Positions 16,423 through 25,896 of a stretch of 64,000 nt of DNA are shown piece after piece. The translations under genes were made by a program, and so were the position numbers. The notes below the pieces were generated by a model. It had not been told where the DNA came from. It made no database searches and worked only from the letters and a program-made list of their open reading frames with translations. Source of the stretch: Salinivirgaceae bacterium. GTDB taxonomy: Bacteria > Bacteroidota > Bacteroidia > Bacteroidales > SZUA-534. The stretch covers positions 1 to 64,000 of the forward strand of contig JAKSOL010000012.1 of NCBI GenBank assembly GCA_024405635.1. Direction: 5' to 3'. Each line of letters starts with the position of its first letter. Position 1 is the stretch's first letter.

Positions 16423-17349
16423 TTAAAATGCAAGCAATTGGAAAAGCCTTGAGTGTTGATGAACCAAGGGCCTTAGGTGAGCAAAGAAAATCATACCGTC
16501 AACGGGCGATTCAATAGTTGAACGAGTCTCGCCAGTATAAGGGTCGATGATTTTGCCAAGCAAGTCGCCGCGCTTAACGGTGTCGCCAACATTGCAAGTT
16601 GAGTAAAACAACCCAGCTTGTTTTGAAGCAACGGTATGTAGCGATTTTTCGCTGAAAACGTGGCTCTTGTATCCTAAATGGCAAGGGTGCTTAATCAATC
16701 CCTTAGAGTCAAGAAAACGCAAAATCGAAATCCATGTCATTTTTGCCAAATTCTTGTCGATGGTGTCGGTTGAACCGCTGTATAGCGAAAAAGCCTTAGT
16801 TTCAAACACTTGCCAGTTATAGTTGAGCACGCAAGTGTCAAACGGCTTTGGGTCATAAACGTAAACGTAAGGCAAACCAAACGAGCAAGCATCGTCAATG
16901 TCCTGATAACCAGTATTCATAACACGCACATGAGGCACAAAGTTGCCATTTAGGTAGTACGATGCCAACTGAATTCCATACTCGTAGTCGCGTACAGCAT
17001 CAAAAATGGCAGATGCAATGCGTTGCGTGGTTTCTCCCTTGTCGTAGCCCGGAAACATTCGGTTTATGTCGGTGTTATCCATGGCCCAAAAGCGTTTCTG
17101 AATGTTCATTGAATAGTGGTTGGCCGAAGGAATAACTAGTATTCCGTGGCTGTCGGAAATCATTCCAGACTCCTCAAGGTGAATTAGGTTTTTTACAATT
17201 TGCGATGCTATGAAAAGTTGCTGAACCTCGTCGCCGCGGAGCGAGCCCACAATGGCCACTGTTTTTTCGCCGTTGCCAAAATAATATCCTGGAATAGTGA
17301 AATCGTCGCGAAAGGGCGATTTCATTGAGAATAGGCTTATCTGTTTCAT
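16423..17349 (-). CDS. M14 / succinylglutamate desuccinylase-aspartoacylase family protein, probably catalytically inactive
   Basis: DINRMFPG is retained, but GSLRGDE replaces GxHGxE and IQLAS replaces DxH. C-terminal barrel-sandwich hybrid segment (IESPVDGMIF). Confidence 0.85.
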   Translation of the reverse strand: MKQISLFSMKSPFRDDFTIPGYYFGNGEKTVAIVGSLRGDEVQQLFIASQIVKNLIHLEESGMISDSHGILVIPSANHYSMNIQKRFWAMDNTDINRMFPGYDKGETTQRIASAIFDAVRDYEYGIQLASYYLNGNFVPHVRVMNTGYQDIDDACSFGLPYVYVYDPKPFDTCVLNYNWQVFETKAFSLYSGSTDTIDKNLAKMTWISILRFLDSKGLIKHPCHLGYKSHVFSEKSLHTVASKQAGLFYSTCNVGDTVKRGDLLGKIIDPYTGETRSTIESPVDGMIFFAHLRPLVHQHSRLFQLLAF

Positions 17350-17355
17350 TTTTAG

Positions 17356-18279
17356 TTAGTTTGATTCGGTAAAAATTCGTGCAATGAGCGAGCCTTCGTA
17401 CACCACTGGGTAGCTTCTTATTGTAAACACTAGTCCATCAACTGGCGATTTAACTTCCTCTTGAATGGAGCCTTCAAGCGAACTGACTAGCAAGCAAATA
17501 GTGTCGCCTTTTTTTACGCGCGTACCATGTTTCACAGCACTTATTATGATGCCCGAGCGTGATGCATTTATAAACGAAACGTTTCCTGTTTTTGAGTCGA
17601 TTGGCGAGCTAACAGCATCGGGTTTGGTGCCAGTCCACACGTTCATGTGGCTCATTAGGTTTAAGATTCCGTCAACAAGTTGGTCTCCATATTCGCGGGT
17701 TATTTTCATACCGATGCCCATTTCAACCACCACGGTAGGCGTTCCAATTGAGTTGAGCGAGTGCGCTATTGTTGCTTCAAGTACGGTTGCCGCATCGTGG
17801 GTCCAAATAAAATCGAGATTGAGTTTGTCGGCCAACGGATAAAGCTTATCGGCATAAATGTTTGAAATGCGCGCTTGCGGCATCTCATAAAGGTAAATGT
17901 TTGACGAGTGAATGTCAATAACCAAGTCGGCTCCGCGAAGGTCTTCAACTACTTGATGCGCAACGTTTTCAATCATGTGACCGTTGGGCGAGCCGGGAAA
18001 TATCCGGTTCATGTCGAGGTCGAACGTTGGAATGCCGCGTGTTACGCTATCAACGCCAAGCGGGTTTATGGCCGGATAAACTTCAACTTGTCCGTGCAAC
18101 TCGTTGGGCTGAAGTTGAAGCCTGCGCAATAGTTCGTAGCAAACGTATTGCCCCTCAAGCTCGTCGCCGTGAATGCCGGTAACTATGCAAATGCGTTTGC
18201 CTCCGTTGCCTACAACGTTTTTCTTTATCAATAGTCGTTCGTAAACGGGCAAATCTTCTGATACTAAAGTCTTTATCAT
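17356..18279 (-). CDS. M14 / succinylglutamate desuccinylase-aspartoacylase family metallopeptidase
   Basis: GIHGDE, DMNRIFPG, DIHSS and VVEMG all present. Confidence 0.9.
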   Translation of the reverse strand: MIKTLVSEDLPVYERLLIKKNVVGNGGKRICIVTGIHGDELEGQYVCYELLRRLQLQPNELHGQVEVYPAINPLGVDSVTRGIPTFDLDMNRIFPGSPNGHMIENVAHQVVEDLRGADLVIDIHSSNIYLYEMPQARISNIYADKLYPLADKLNLDFIWTHDAATVLEATIAHSLNSIGTPTVVVEMGIGMKITREYGDQLVDGILNLMSHMNVWTGTKPDAVSSPIDSKTGNVSFINASRSGIIISAVKHGTRVKKGDTICLLVSSLEGSIQEEVKSPVDGLVFTIRSYPVVYEGSLIARIFTESN

Positions 18280-18285
18280 TGTCTG

Positions 18286-19080
18286 TTAATCTTTTATATA
18301 ATGGGGTAGTCGTCTAATTTGTTCAACCAAAAGGCTCACTTTTACCGTTTGTTGTACAATTCCGTTAAAGTGTCCGCGGTTGATTGAGCAGTCGTTAAAA
18401 TCGCGACCATGAGCAATTTTTATATATGAGTCGTCAACGCAACGGTTGTTGGTTGGGTCAAAAGCGCGCCAAGTTCCGTTGTCGAAGTATTCAATCCACG
18501 CGTGAGTTGCGCCTTCGCCTATCATAAATCCGTTTACATATCGGGCTGCAATGCCAGCTTTGCGACACATGGCAATGGCAATGTGTGCGTAATCTTGACA
18601 AACTCCTTCGCCTAAACCAAATGCCTCGGCGGCGGTGGTGGCAACGTTGGTTGTGCCGCTGCGATAGGCAAAAGTTTGTGCAAGTTGGTTCGACATTTCC
18701 GCAATCCAAGCTTTTGTGTCTGATGCCGATGTGCTGATGCCCGCAATGGTGTTGCAAATTTTGTCCGATGGCATTGTTAACGCCGACGGGTGCCTAAAAA
18801 TTGGGTCCAACTCTTCGTGTGTCTCGTGTCGTCCAACGTCAACAATTCCCTTCGATTCGAACATAAAAGCATCGTGAAAATCGGCCACGTAGCCAGTTTG
18901 CACAACGCTTCCAAACGAGTCGGTGCTTTTACCAATCTGGCAGTTGGGAATAACGGTGGTCGATTCGTTGATTATGCGCTGAAACGGGCACGAGTAAGGC
19001 ACGCATCGCAGCATAAACGTATGCGAACTAACTGGTTGCGAGAACGTTAGTAAGGTTCGATATGCGTATTTCAGCAACAT
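18286..19080 (-). CDS. Transglutaminase-like protein with bacterial N-terminal domain
   Basis: GVCQDYAH, ATHAWIEY, FDPTN triad; IAHGRDFND. Confidence 0.95.
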   Translation of the reverse strand: MLLKYAYRTLLTFSQPVSSHTFMLRCVPYSCPFQRIINESTTVIPNCQIGKSTDSFGSVVQTGYVADFHDAFMFESKGIVDVGRHETHEELDPIFRHPSALTMPSDKICNTIAGISTSASDTKAWIAEMSNQLAQTFAYRSGTTNVATTAAEAFGLGEGVCQDYAHIAIAMCRKAGIAARYVNGFMIGEGATHAWIEYFDNGTWRAFDPTNNRCVDDSYIKIAHGRDFNDCSINRGHFNGIVQQTVKVSLLVEQIRRLPHYIKD

Positions 19081-19086
19081 TTGTGG

Positions 19087-19776
19087 TTATGCGGCAAATA
19101 GGCTGTTTACTACCGATAGTGTTTCTATTGAGTTGAATCCGGGTAACCCAATTCTCTGTTTTAGATTCGCAAAATCGGTGGTGTTATAAAAGTCGCTAGC
19201 AAAGGTTTCAACACGCTCAAGTCGAGTCATTATGTCCTCAATTCTCGATGTTTCGTAGTTAAATCGGATAAACAAATCGAGTTTTTCAATAAACCGACCA
19301 GTCTCAATAATGTCGCGAACTTTTGAGTTATAGATGCGGTCTTCAATTGCGCCCCAAAACGAGTACATAATGTCGGTAACATATTGTAACTCATATAGTT
19401 TTAGTCCATTCTTTTCGGCTTTTTTCATAAAGTTGATGGCCAATTCAATGTACTGTAGGCTTTCGCTTTTCAGCTCTTCGCGTAGTAAAATGGCGTTGTC
19501 TTTCACTCTTTCGAGCATGTTTATTACTGATACTGAACTGGTTGTGTCGTATAGGTACTTGTTTACGAACTCGCGCGAATTGGCATAGTTGCAGTCAATG
19601 CCCATTTTGTTGCAAAATTCAATGTGAGCCACTGAATTTTCGTTGTCAATAATCTCATCGTAGTACTTGCGCAAAATGTGTAGGGCAGTGCAAACACGCT
19701 CTGAGTAGCGACCCAGCCAATAAAGGCGGTTTGCCTTGGCGGGTGAAATTGCCGAAAGAAACATTTTTGTTGTCAT
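19087..19776 (-). CDS. Alpha-E domain protein
   Basis: ANRLYWLGRYSER and GRFIEKLD ER-type motifs; position after the CP-ATP-grasp gene. Confidence 0.9.
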   Translation of the reverse strand: MTTKMFLSAISPAKANRLYWLGRYSERVCTALHILRKYYDEIIDNENSVAHIEFCNKMGIDCNYANSREFVNKYLYDTTSSVSVINMLERVKDNAILLREELKSESLQYIELAINFMKKAEKNGLKLYELQYVTDIMYSFWGAIEDRIYNSKVRDIIETGRFIEKLDLFIRFNYETSRIEDIMTRLERVETFASDFYNTTDFANLKQRIGLPGFNSIETLSVVNSLFAA

Positions 19777-19813
19777 ATAGCTATTTATTTGTGTGTTAAT
19801 AATTTACAGTGTT

Positions 19814-21133
19814 TTATTCCGAAAGGACCCAAGTGTCTTTAAATCCGCCACCTTGCGACGAGTTGACTACAAACGATTTTGGGTCGCGAGTAAAGCGTGT
19901 CAGTCCGCTTGGCCAAACTTTGGTTTCCTTGCCCGAAATAACAAAGGCTCGCAAGTCGGCTTTGCGCATCACTCGTTGGTCTCCGTCCATTATTTCAAGG
20001 TCAATAAAGTCAATCACCTCTTGAGCTATCCAACGGCGCGGTTGAGTGCGTACAAGTTCGCGTACTTCTTCAAGTCGAGTTTCGTCCATATCGCGACCAA
20101 ACATCACGCCGTAACCGCCAGCTTCGGATACATCTTTAATCACCAGTTTTGGCAGGTTTTCAAGCACATATTTCTTATCGCTGTCGAAAAATGGAAGATA
20201 AGTAGGCGCGTTTTTCAAAATCGGTTTTTCGTGTAGGTAGTACTCCACCATTTTAGGCACAAAATAGTATATGCCTTTGTCGTCGGCCACACCGTTGCCA
20301 AAGGCGTTTATAATGGCCACATTGCCCTTAGTGTAAGCGCGAAACAAGTTTGGAACGCCCAACAGCGAACTTTTTTCAAAAGTCATAGGGTCAAGATATT
20401 CGTCCGACAAACGGCGATAAATGGCGCCCACACGTTCGCGCTCGTTAAACAAGCCTTTGTAGTAAACTTTGTCGTCGTCAACAAATAGGTCGTCGGGGAA
20501 AGCCAGAACCACGCCAGCCTTTTCGGCCAAGTACGAATGCTCAAAAAAAGCAGAATTATAGCGGCCAGGAGTTAGAATAACTTCCAATCCGCCATCAACG
20601 TTCACGTTGTCCATCATTTCGCGAATCATTTTTGCGTAGTCGCGGTTGTCAAAAATTGGAGCGCCGTCAAATGTTTCGGGCGACGATTTGCGAGTTAATT
20701 GTCTGGCAATCATCGGATAAGAAGCGCCTGATGGAATGCGCAAATTATCTTCAAGAACGTACCAAGTGCCGTCTTTTGCCTGAACAAGGTCAATGCCCGA
20801 AATGTGCGAGTAGATGCCCATTGGTGGCATAACACCTTCGCATTCAGGTAAGTAGCCCTTTGATGAATATACAAAATCCTCGGGCACAATGCCGTCTTTA
20901 ACAATCTGTTTTTGGCTATAGATGTCGCGCAAAAAGGCATTTAGCGCATCAACACGCTGCCTTAGTCCAGCTTCCAGTTCTTTCCAGTCGGAGTTTGAAA
21001 TGATGCGTGGAATGGCATCAAACGGGAATAATTGTTCACGAAATTCGCCGTTCTTGTAAATGCCAAATCGAACTCCGTAGCGTTCCATCCACTTGTTTAC
21101 CGCCTCTTTCTGATTTAATAGTCTTGCGAACAT
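19814..21133 (-). CDS. Circularly permuted ATP-grasp type 2 protein
   Basis: FPFDAIPRII, VLEDNLRIPSGASY, LTPGRYNSAFFEHSYLA, GNGVADDK, VVNSSQGGGFKDTWV. Confidence 0.95.
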   Translation of the reverse strand: MFARLLNQKEAVNKWMERYGVRFGIYKNGEFREQLFPFDAIPRIISNSDWKELEAGLRQRVDALNAFLRDIYSQKQIVKDGIVPEDFVYSSKGYLPECEGVMPPMGIYSHISGIDLVQAKDGTWYVLEDNLRIPSGASYPMIARQLTRKSSPETFDGAPIFDNRDYAKMIREMMDNVNVDGGLEVILTPGRYNSAFFEHSYLAEKAGVVLAFPDDLFVDDDKVYYKGLFNERERVGAIYRRLSDEYLDPMTFEKSSLLGVPNLFRAYTKGNVAIINAFGNGVADDKGIYYFVPKMVEYYLHEKPILKNAPTYLPFFDSDKKYVLENLPKLVIKDVSEAGGYGVMFGRDMDETRLEEVRELVRTQPRRWIAQEVIDFIDLEIMDGDQRVMRKADLRAFVISGKETKVWPSGLTRFTRDPKSFVVNSSQGGGFKDTWVLSE

Positions 21134-21449
21134 CTTTTTAATTTTTTAGTTGTTTTTGTTTCATATCGAAAGTATAATAATTGATTTGCTTTCAAATTCG
21201 TTGCAAAATTACGCATATACTTATAAAGTGCAATTTTAGCAAGCTACTATTTACAAGATAAAGGGGAGTTTTAGTAAAAGACGTATATAATTAGCCATTG
21301 TGTGCTATTTGTAAGTCAATTAGATTAGTTGCCAGTAGTTGAAAAACAATCATTATGGAGGTTTCCGTATTCAGTTAAATACAACCAAGCATTGCAACAG
21401 CCTAATTGAACTTTTTGATAATTTTGCGCACCCAAAAATTCGAAGATAA

Positions 21450-22139
21450 ATGGCACTAATTCTATCGTTTGAGACTTCAACAACCGTTTGCTCGGTAGCT
21501 TTGTCGCGCAACGGAGTGATTGTTGATTCGCAAGAGAGTTTTGAAACCAAATCGCATGCATCGTTGCTTACGGTGTTTGCTCAAGATATTTTACAGCGCA
21601 ATAGTATCTCGGCTCAAGAGCTTGATGCTGTGGCAGTTAGTCAAGGTCCGGGTTCATACACAGGCTTGCGAATTGGAGTTTCGGCTGCAAAAGGTTTGTG
21701 CTACTCGCTTGGCAAAAAGTTGTTGGCTGTCGATACCTTAAAAGCTATGGCACTTATGGCCGCCGACAAGGTTGAGGCGAAGCCCGATGTGTTTTGCGCC
21801 ATGATTGATGCTCGCCGAATGGAGGTTTACTGCGCCATGTTTGACCAACAACTAAACCGCATAAGCAACACTGAGGCTGTGGTGGTTGACGAAAATAGTT
21901 TTGCCGCCACGTTAAGCGGTAAAAAAGTGGCGTTTTTTGGCGACGGAGCAGCCAAATGTATGCCAGTAATCAATTCTCAAAATGCTGTATTAGTTGATGG
22001 TGTTTACCCTTCGGCTCGATACATGGCAGTGCTGGCCGAACAAAGTTTTGCCGCAGGCGATTTTAAGGATGTTGCTTATTTTGAGCCATTCTATCTTAAA
22101 GATTTTGTTGCTACAAAGCCAAAAAACAAAGTTCTGTGA
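21450..22139 (+). CDS. tsaB: tRNA threonylcarbamoyladenosine biosynthesis protein TsaB
   Basis: ILSFETST, GPGSYTGLRIG, IDARRMEVY, EPFYLK. Confidence 0.95.
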   Translation: MALILSFETSTTVCSVALSRNGVIVDSQESFETKSHASLLTVFAQDILQRNSISAQELDAVAVSQGPGSYTGLRIGVSAAKGLCYSLGKKLLAVDTLKAMALMAADKVEAKPDVFCAMIDARRMEVYCAMFDQQLNRISNTEAVVVDENSFAATLSGKKVAFFGDGAAKCMPVINSQNAVLVDGVYPSARYMAVLAEQSFAAGDFKDVAYFEPFYLKDFVATKPKNKVL

Positions 22140-23200
22140 AATTACGCTTTGGCATCATTTGCATATTGCTGGCTATCAGCATAAACTGTTTGGCCGATAA
22201 CAATAGTTGGTTTCAGCGCAATTTTCGCCAAACTGCCGACACTAATTTTATTGTCGATTTGCACAAAACACTTGGCTTAAAGGCGTTCTTTTCAAACAAA
22301 TACTCAAACTTTACCATTCGTAATTTGCAGAACCATAATTCGTTAAATTACGAATCGACAGCAAATCGCGCCATTAATGTTGGTTTTATTTACAAGTGGA
22401 TTGATCTTAATGCAGGTTATAGTTACAACTTTTTGAATAAGCAAAACGACCTTAAAAGCAACAGTAAACAGTTTGATGTACAAGCAAAAATGTTTCTGCG
22501 GTCAACATCGTGGTGGTTGTTTGTAAATGCCTACAAAGGTTATGACCTTTCCAATGCTGGTAAAGTGCTAAGCGACTACAAACCAGGAACTTATTATTCG
22601 CGCAACGACATTAGAGCCTTCTCAATGCGTGGTGCAGTAAACTATTTTTTCAATTACACACAATACTCAAACCGAGCAACTCAAGGCAACGGCGCACGCC
22701 AGCAAAAGTCGGCAGGGTCGGCGGTTGCGGGCATACAATTTATTTTTAATTCGGTTGTGGCCGACTCGTCGTTTGTTCCTACTAACCTAAACAACAACAG
22801 CATTTTTGCCTACAATTTTGACGACATTGAATACTTTTCAGTGGGTGCAAATATTGGTTACACCTACACATTTGTTTATAAGCACAATTGGGTTGCAAGT
22901 TCAATGATTGTGGGAGGAATAAGCTACGGAAATAAAAAACAATACGCTAACAATCAGATAAATACCGACACCGATAACGCATTTAATCTTTTTCTGCAAG
23001 GTGAATTAAGTGCTGGATATTGTTGCAACCGTTTCAATGTTATGTTGCGTCACACTTTTCAGTCAACTCAAACTCCAGTTGGCGACCGATGGAACAACGT
23101 TGTGCTACTAAACGGCAACACTCAACTGTTGTTCATCTATAGGCTGAATTTGAAACGAGACTTGAAATTTATTCCATACCCACATTTGGCCGACTGGTAA
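22136..23200 (+). CDS. DUF4421-like outer-membrane beta-barrel protein
   Basis: Signal peptide; GFIYKW, RNDI, YFFNYTQYS, QQKSAGS, GYTYTFV. Confidence 0.75.
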   Translation: MKLRFGIICILLAISINCLADNNSWFQRNFRQTADTNFIVDLHKTLGLKAFFSNKYSNFTIRNLQNHNSLNYESTANRAINVGFIYKWIDLNAGYSYNFLNKQNDLKSNSKQFDVQAKMFLRSTSWWLFVNAYKGYDLSNAGKVLSDYKPGTYYSRNDIRAFSMRGAVNYFFNYTQYSNRATQGNGARQQKSAGSAVAGIQFIFNSVVADSSFVPTNLNNNSIFAYNFDDIEYFSVGANIGYTYTFVYKHNWVASSMIVGGISYGNKKQYANNQINTDTDNAFNLFLQGELSAGYCCNRFNVMLRHTFQSTQTPVGDRWNNVVLLNGNTQLLFIYRLNLKRDLKFIPYPHLADW

Positions 23201-23203
23201 CCA

Positions 23204-24334
23204 ATGAAAAGCAAAGCAATAATATTGATAATTGTGCTTTTGCTTGCAGTGCAAGTTAAGGCAGAGTGGCTGGCAAAAAGTCAACCAATGCTTTATGAAC
23301 AACCAACCAGCAATGCTTTTTTGCAACAAATCAGCAAACCATTTATTAGGATTGCCGACACCAATTATGTTACCGATCTTACCAGTACATTCATCATTCG
23401 AGGGCTAAATAGTTTCAAAACATGTGGTTTTAACATCGAAGACAAACAAAGCCTATTGGCCTTGCGATACCGAAGCGACACAATTGCATCAATAGGCGCG
23501 GGCATAAACTACAAGTGGCTCAGTTTTGGACTGCAATTAAGCACTGGACGTCGTGCAAAGCATGTAATAGGCCGACAAAACCACATTAACATTCAAATTT
23601 TGCAGCCAACGTTTAATATTAAAACCGATATCAGCGAGTACAATGGTTTGTTCGTTTACAACAAAGACTCAATTATTTGTGGCCTGCCACGCAACGATTA
23701 TTATATACGCAACGATTTGAAATACATAAAGTTGCGCATACAAGCCGATTATGTTATAAATCATAATAAATATAGTGCGGCGGCTGCAACTGGGTTAAAT
23801 ACCATTCAGAAGAAAACTGTAGGTTCGTTTCTTTTGGGGGCCGAGTGGGAGGCAAATATCATTATGGCCGACTCGTCGTTAGTGCCAAGCAATGTAAACG
23901 ATTCGTTATTTGCCTACAAAAGCAACATAAACGGCATAAGTAATATAACATTCGGAGTAACAACAGGATATGCAATGAATGTGGTGCTACCTAAAGGTTT
24001 TTTTGTACATGGCACTTATGTTGTGGGCGTAGGCACCGACCGAAAAACCATTCGCGACCAAACGGCCGATGATTTGCGTTACCGTTCGTTAGCTTCAATG
24101 TTTAGGGCTGAGATAGCTACCGGCTATAACTGCCGTAGATTTTACGCAGGAGCTTGGATAAACTATTCGGTAAACCGGTCGAAAATAGGATCAACAGCTG
24201 CCAATATCTACACCGAAAGCCTTGCTATTCGTATAGTTTTTGCCTACCGCATATTTTTAAAGAAAGATTATCCACTCAACATTGGTGGAATGCGCGATAT
24301 GGTTAACGATTTGCGGCAACGCAACTGGAATTAG
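23204..24334 (+). CDS. DUF4421-like outer-membrane beta-barrel protein (tandem paralog)
   Basis: Same motif series as the upstream gene: ADTNYV, GINYKW, RNDL, YVINHNKYS, QKKTVGS. Confidence 0.75.
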   Translation: MKSKAIILIIVLLLAVQVKAEWLAKSQPMLYEQPTSNAFLQQISKPFIRIADTNYVTDLTSTFIIRGLNSFKTCGFNIEDKQSLLALRYRSDTIASIGAGINYKWLSFGLQLSTGRRAKHVIGRQNHINIQILQPTFNIKTDISEYNGLFVYNKDSIICGLPRNDYYIRNDLKYIKLRIQADYVINHNKYSAAAATGLNTIQKKTVGSFLLGAEWEANIIMADSSLVPSNVNDSLFAYKSNINGISNITFGVTTGYAMNVVLPKGFFVHGTYVVGVGTDRKTIRDQTADDLRYRSLASMFRAEIATGYNCRRFYAGAWINYSVNRSKIGSTAANIYTESLAIRIVFAYRIFLKKDYPLNIGGMRDMVNDLRQRNWN

Positions 24335-24388
24335 TAAATGGCACTTTAACAAAAAGTGCTACTTTTGCCGCCTATTAAAAGAACAAGA

Positions 24389-25021
24389 ATGCCAAGCATT
24401 GAGTTTTTTTTGAAAGGAATACTAGTAGGACTGTTAGTCTCGGCACCAATGGGCCCCATTGGAGTTCTTTGTGTGCAAAAAACTCTAAACAAAGGCCGTT
24501 TCCTTGGTTTCTTCTCGGGACTTGGCGCCGCAACAGCCGACACTTCGTATGCTGTTCTTGCAGCATTTGGCATCTCGTACATTACTTCGTTTCTTGAAGA
24601 ATACCGCGTTGTGATGCAAATTATAGGTATAGCGGTACTTATTTTTCTTGGAGTAAAAATGTTGGTCCGCACTCAAGAAAAACAATTCCGATATTACCGC
24701 AGTGGGTCGCACAAAAGCAATGCAATAACCGATTTTATTTCGGTTTTTTTTCTAACCATTTCCAATCCTCTTACCATCATATTCTTTGGAGCCGCATTCT
24801 CAATGCTTGGTTTGTTGTCCGATAAAGTGGGAGGTAACTTGTCGTTAGTGTCGGGAATTTTTTCAGGCGCCGTGTTGTGGTGGTTTGCATTAACATATTC
24901 GGTTGATGCGTTCCGAAAAAAATTCAGTCTGCGTAGCATATTAATGCTAAACCGTATTAGCGGAGCGTTAATCATTATATTGTCAATAGCATTAGCTATC
25001 AAGTTTTTTCTGTTCAATTAG
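24389..25021 (+). CDS. LysE-family translocator
   Basis: GLLVSAPMGPIGVLC, GLGAATAD, FLTISNPLTI. Confidence 0.9.
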   Translation: MPSIEFFLKGILVGLLVSAPMGPIGVLCVQKTLNKGRFLGFFSGLGAATADTSYAVLAAFGISYITSFLEEYRVVMQIIGIAVLIFLGVKMLVRTQEKQFRYYRSGSHKSNAITDFISVFFLTISNPLTIIFFGAAFSMLGLLSDKVGGNLSLVSGIFSGAVLWWFALTYSVDAFRKKFSLRSILMLNRISGALIIILSIALAIKFFLFN

Positions 25022-25161
25022 TTGAGCAGATAATGCACAATAATTGATATAAATAGTTAAAAATAAGTCTATTGGCGCAGTCGTTATTATACAACGACAT
25101 TTAATAGCCAATTACTCAAACAATAAAATTGATATATTCGCAACTCACATTTATTACAGCG

Positions 25162-25890
25162 ATGAACGATAAAATTGTCATAATTCCCACCTATAACGAA
25201 AAGGAAAATATTGAGGCGATAATTCGTAAAGTATTGTCGCTCGACGGCAACTTTAATATTCTTGTTATTGAAGACAATAGCCCCGATGGTACAGCGCAAA
25301 TTGTTAAACGACTGATGGAAGAATTTCCACAACGTTTGTTTATCAAAGAGCGCAAAGGAAAATTGGGCTTAGGTACAGCCTACATCGAAGGATTCAAATG
25401 GTCGCTTGAACATGGCTACGAGTACATTTTTGAAATGGATGCCGATTTTTCGCACAATCCCGACGACCTTCCTCGTTTGCATCACGCATGCTCAACTGGT
25501 GCCGATGTGGCAATAGGTTCTCGTTACATTTCGGGCATCAACGTAATAAACTGGCCAATGAGCCGTGTACTTATGTCGTACTATGCATCGGCATACGTGC
25601 GCATGGTTACCCGTATGAAAGTGCGCGACACTACAGCTGGTTTTGTGTGCTACCGCCGCAAAGTGCTCGAAACCATTAACCTCGACAATGTCAAATTCAA
25701 AGGCTACGCTTTCCAAATTGAAATGAAGTTTACCGCTTGGAAATTTGGGTTTAAGGTGCTTGAGGTGCCTATTGTGTTCACCGATCGCAAAGAGGGCAAA
25801 TCAAAAATGAACGGTAGCATTTTTGGAGAAGCCGTTTGGGGCGTTATTCGTATGAAATGGCGCAGTTTCTTTACCAATTACAAGCGTTAG
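25162..25890 (+). CDS. Polyprenol monophosphomannose synthase (GT2, DPM1-like)
   Basis: IIPTYNEKEN, GKLGLGTAY, EMDADFSH, GYAFQIEMK. Confidence 0.9.
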   Translation: MNDKIVIIPTYNEKENIEAIIRKVLSLDGNFNILVIEDNSPDGTAQIVKRLMEEFPQRLFIKERKGKLGLGTAYIEGFKWSLEHGYEYIFEMDADFSHNPDDLPRLHHACSTGADVAIGSRYISGINVINWPMSRVLMSYYASAYVRMVTRMKVRDTTAGFVCYRRKVLETINLDNVKFKGYAFQIEMKFTAWKFGFKVLEVPIVFTDRKEGKSKMNGSIFGEAVWGVIRMKWRSFFTNYKR

Positions 25891-25896
25891 TCGCAA

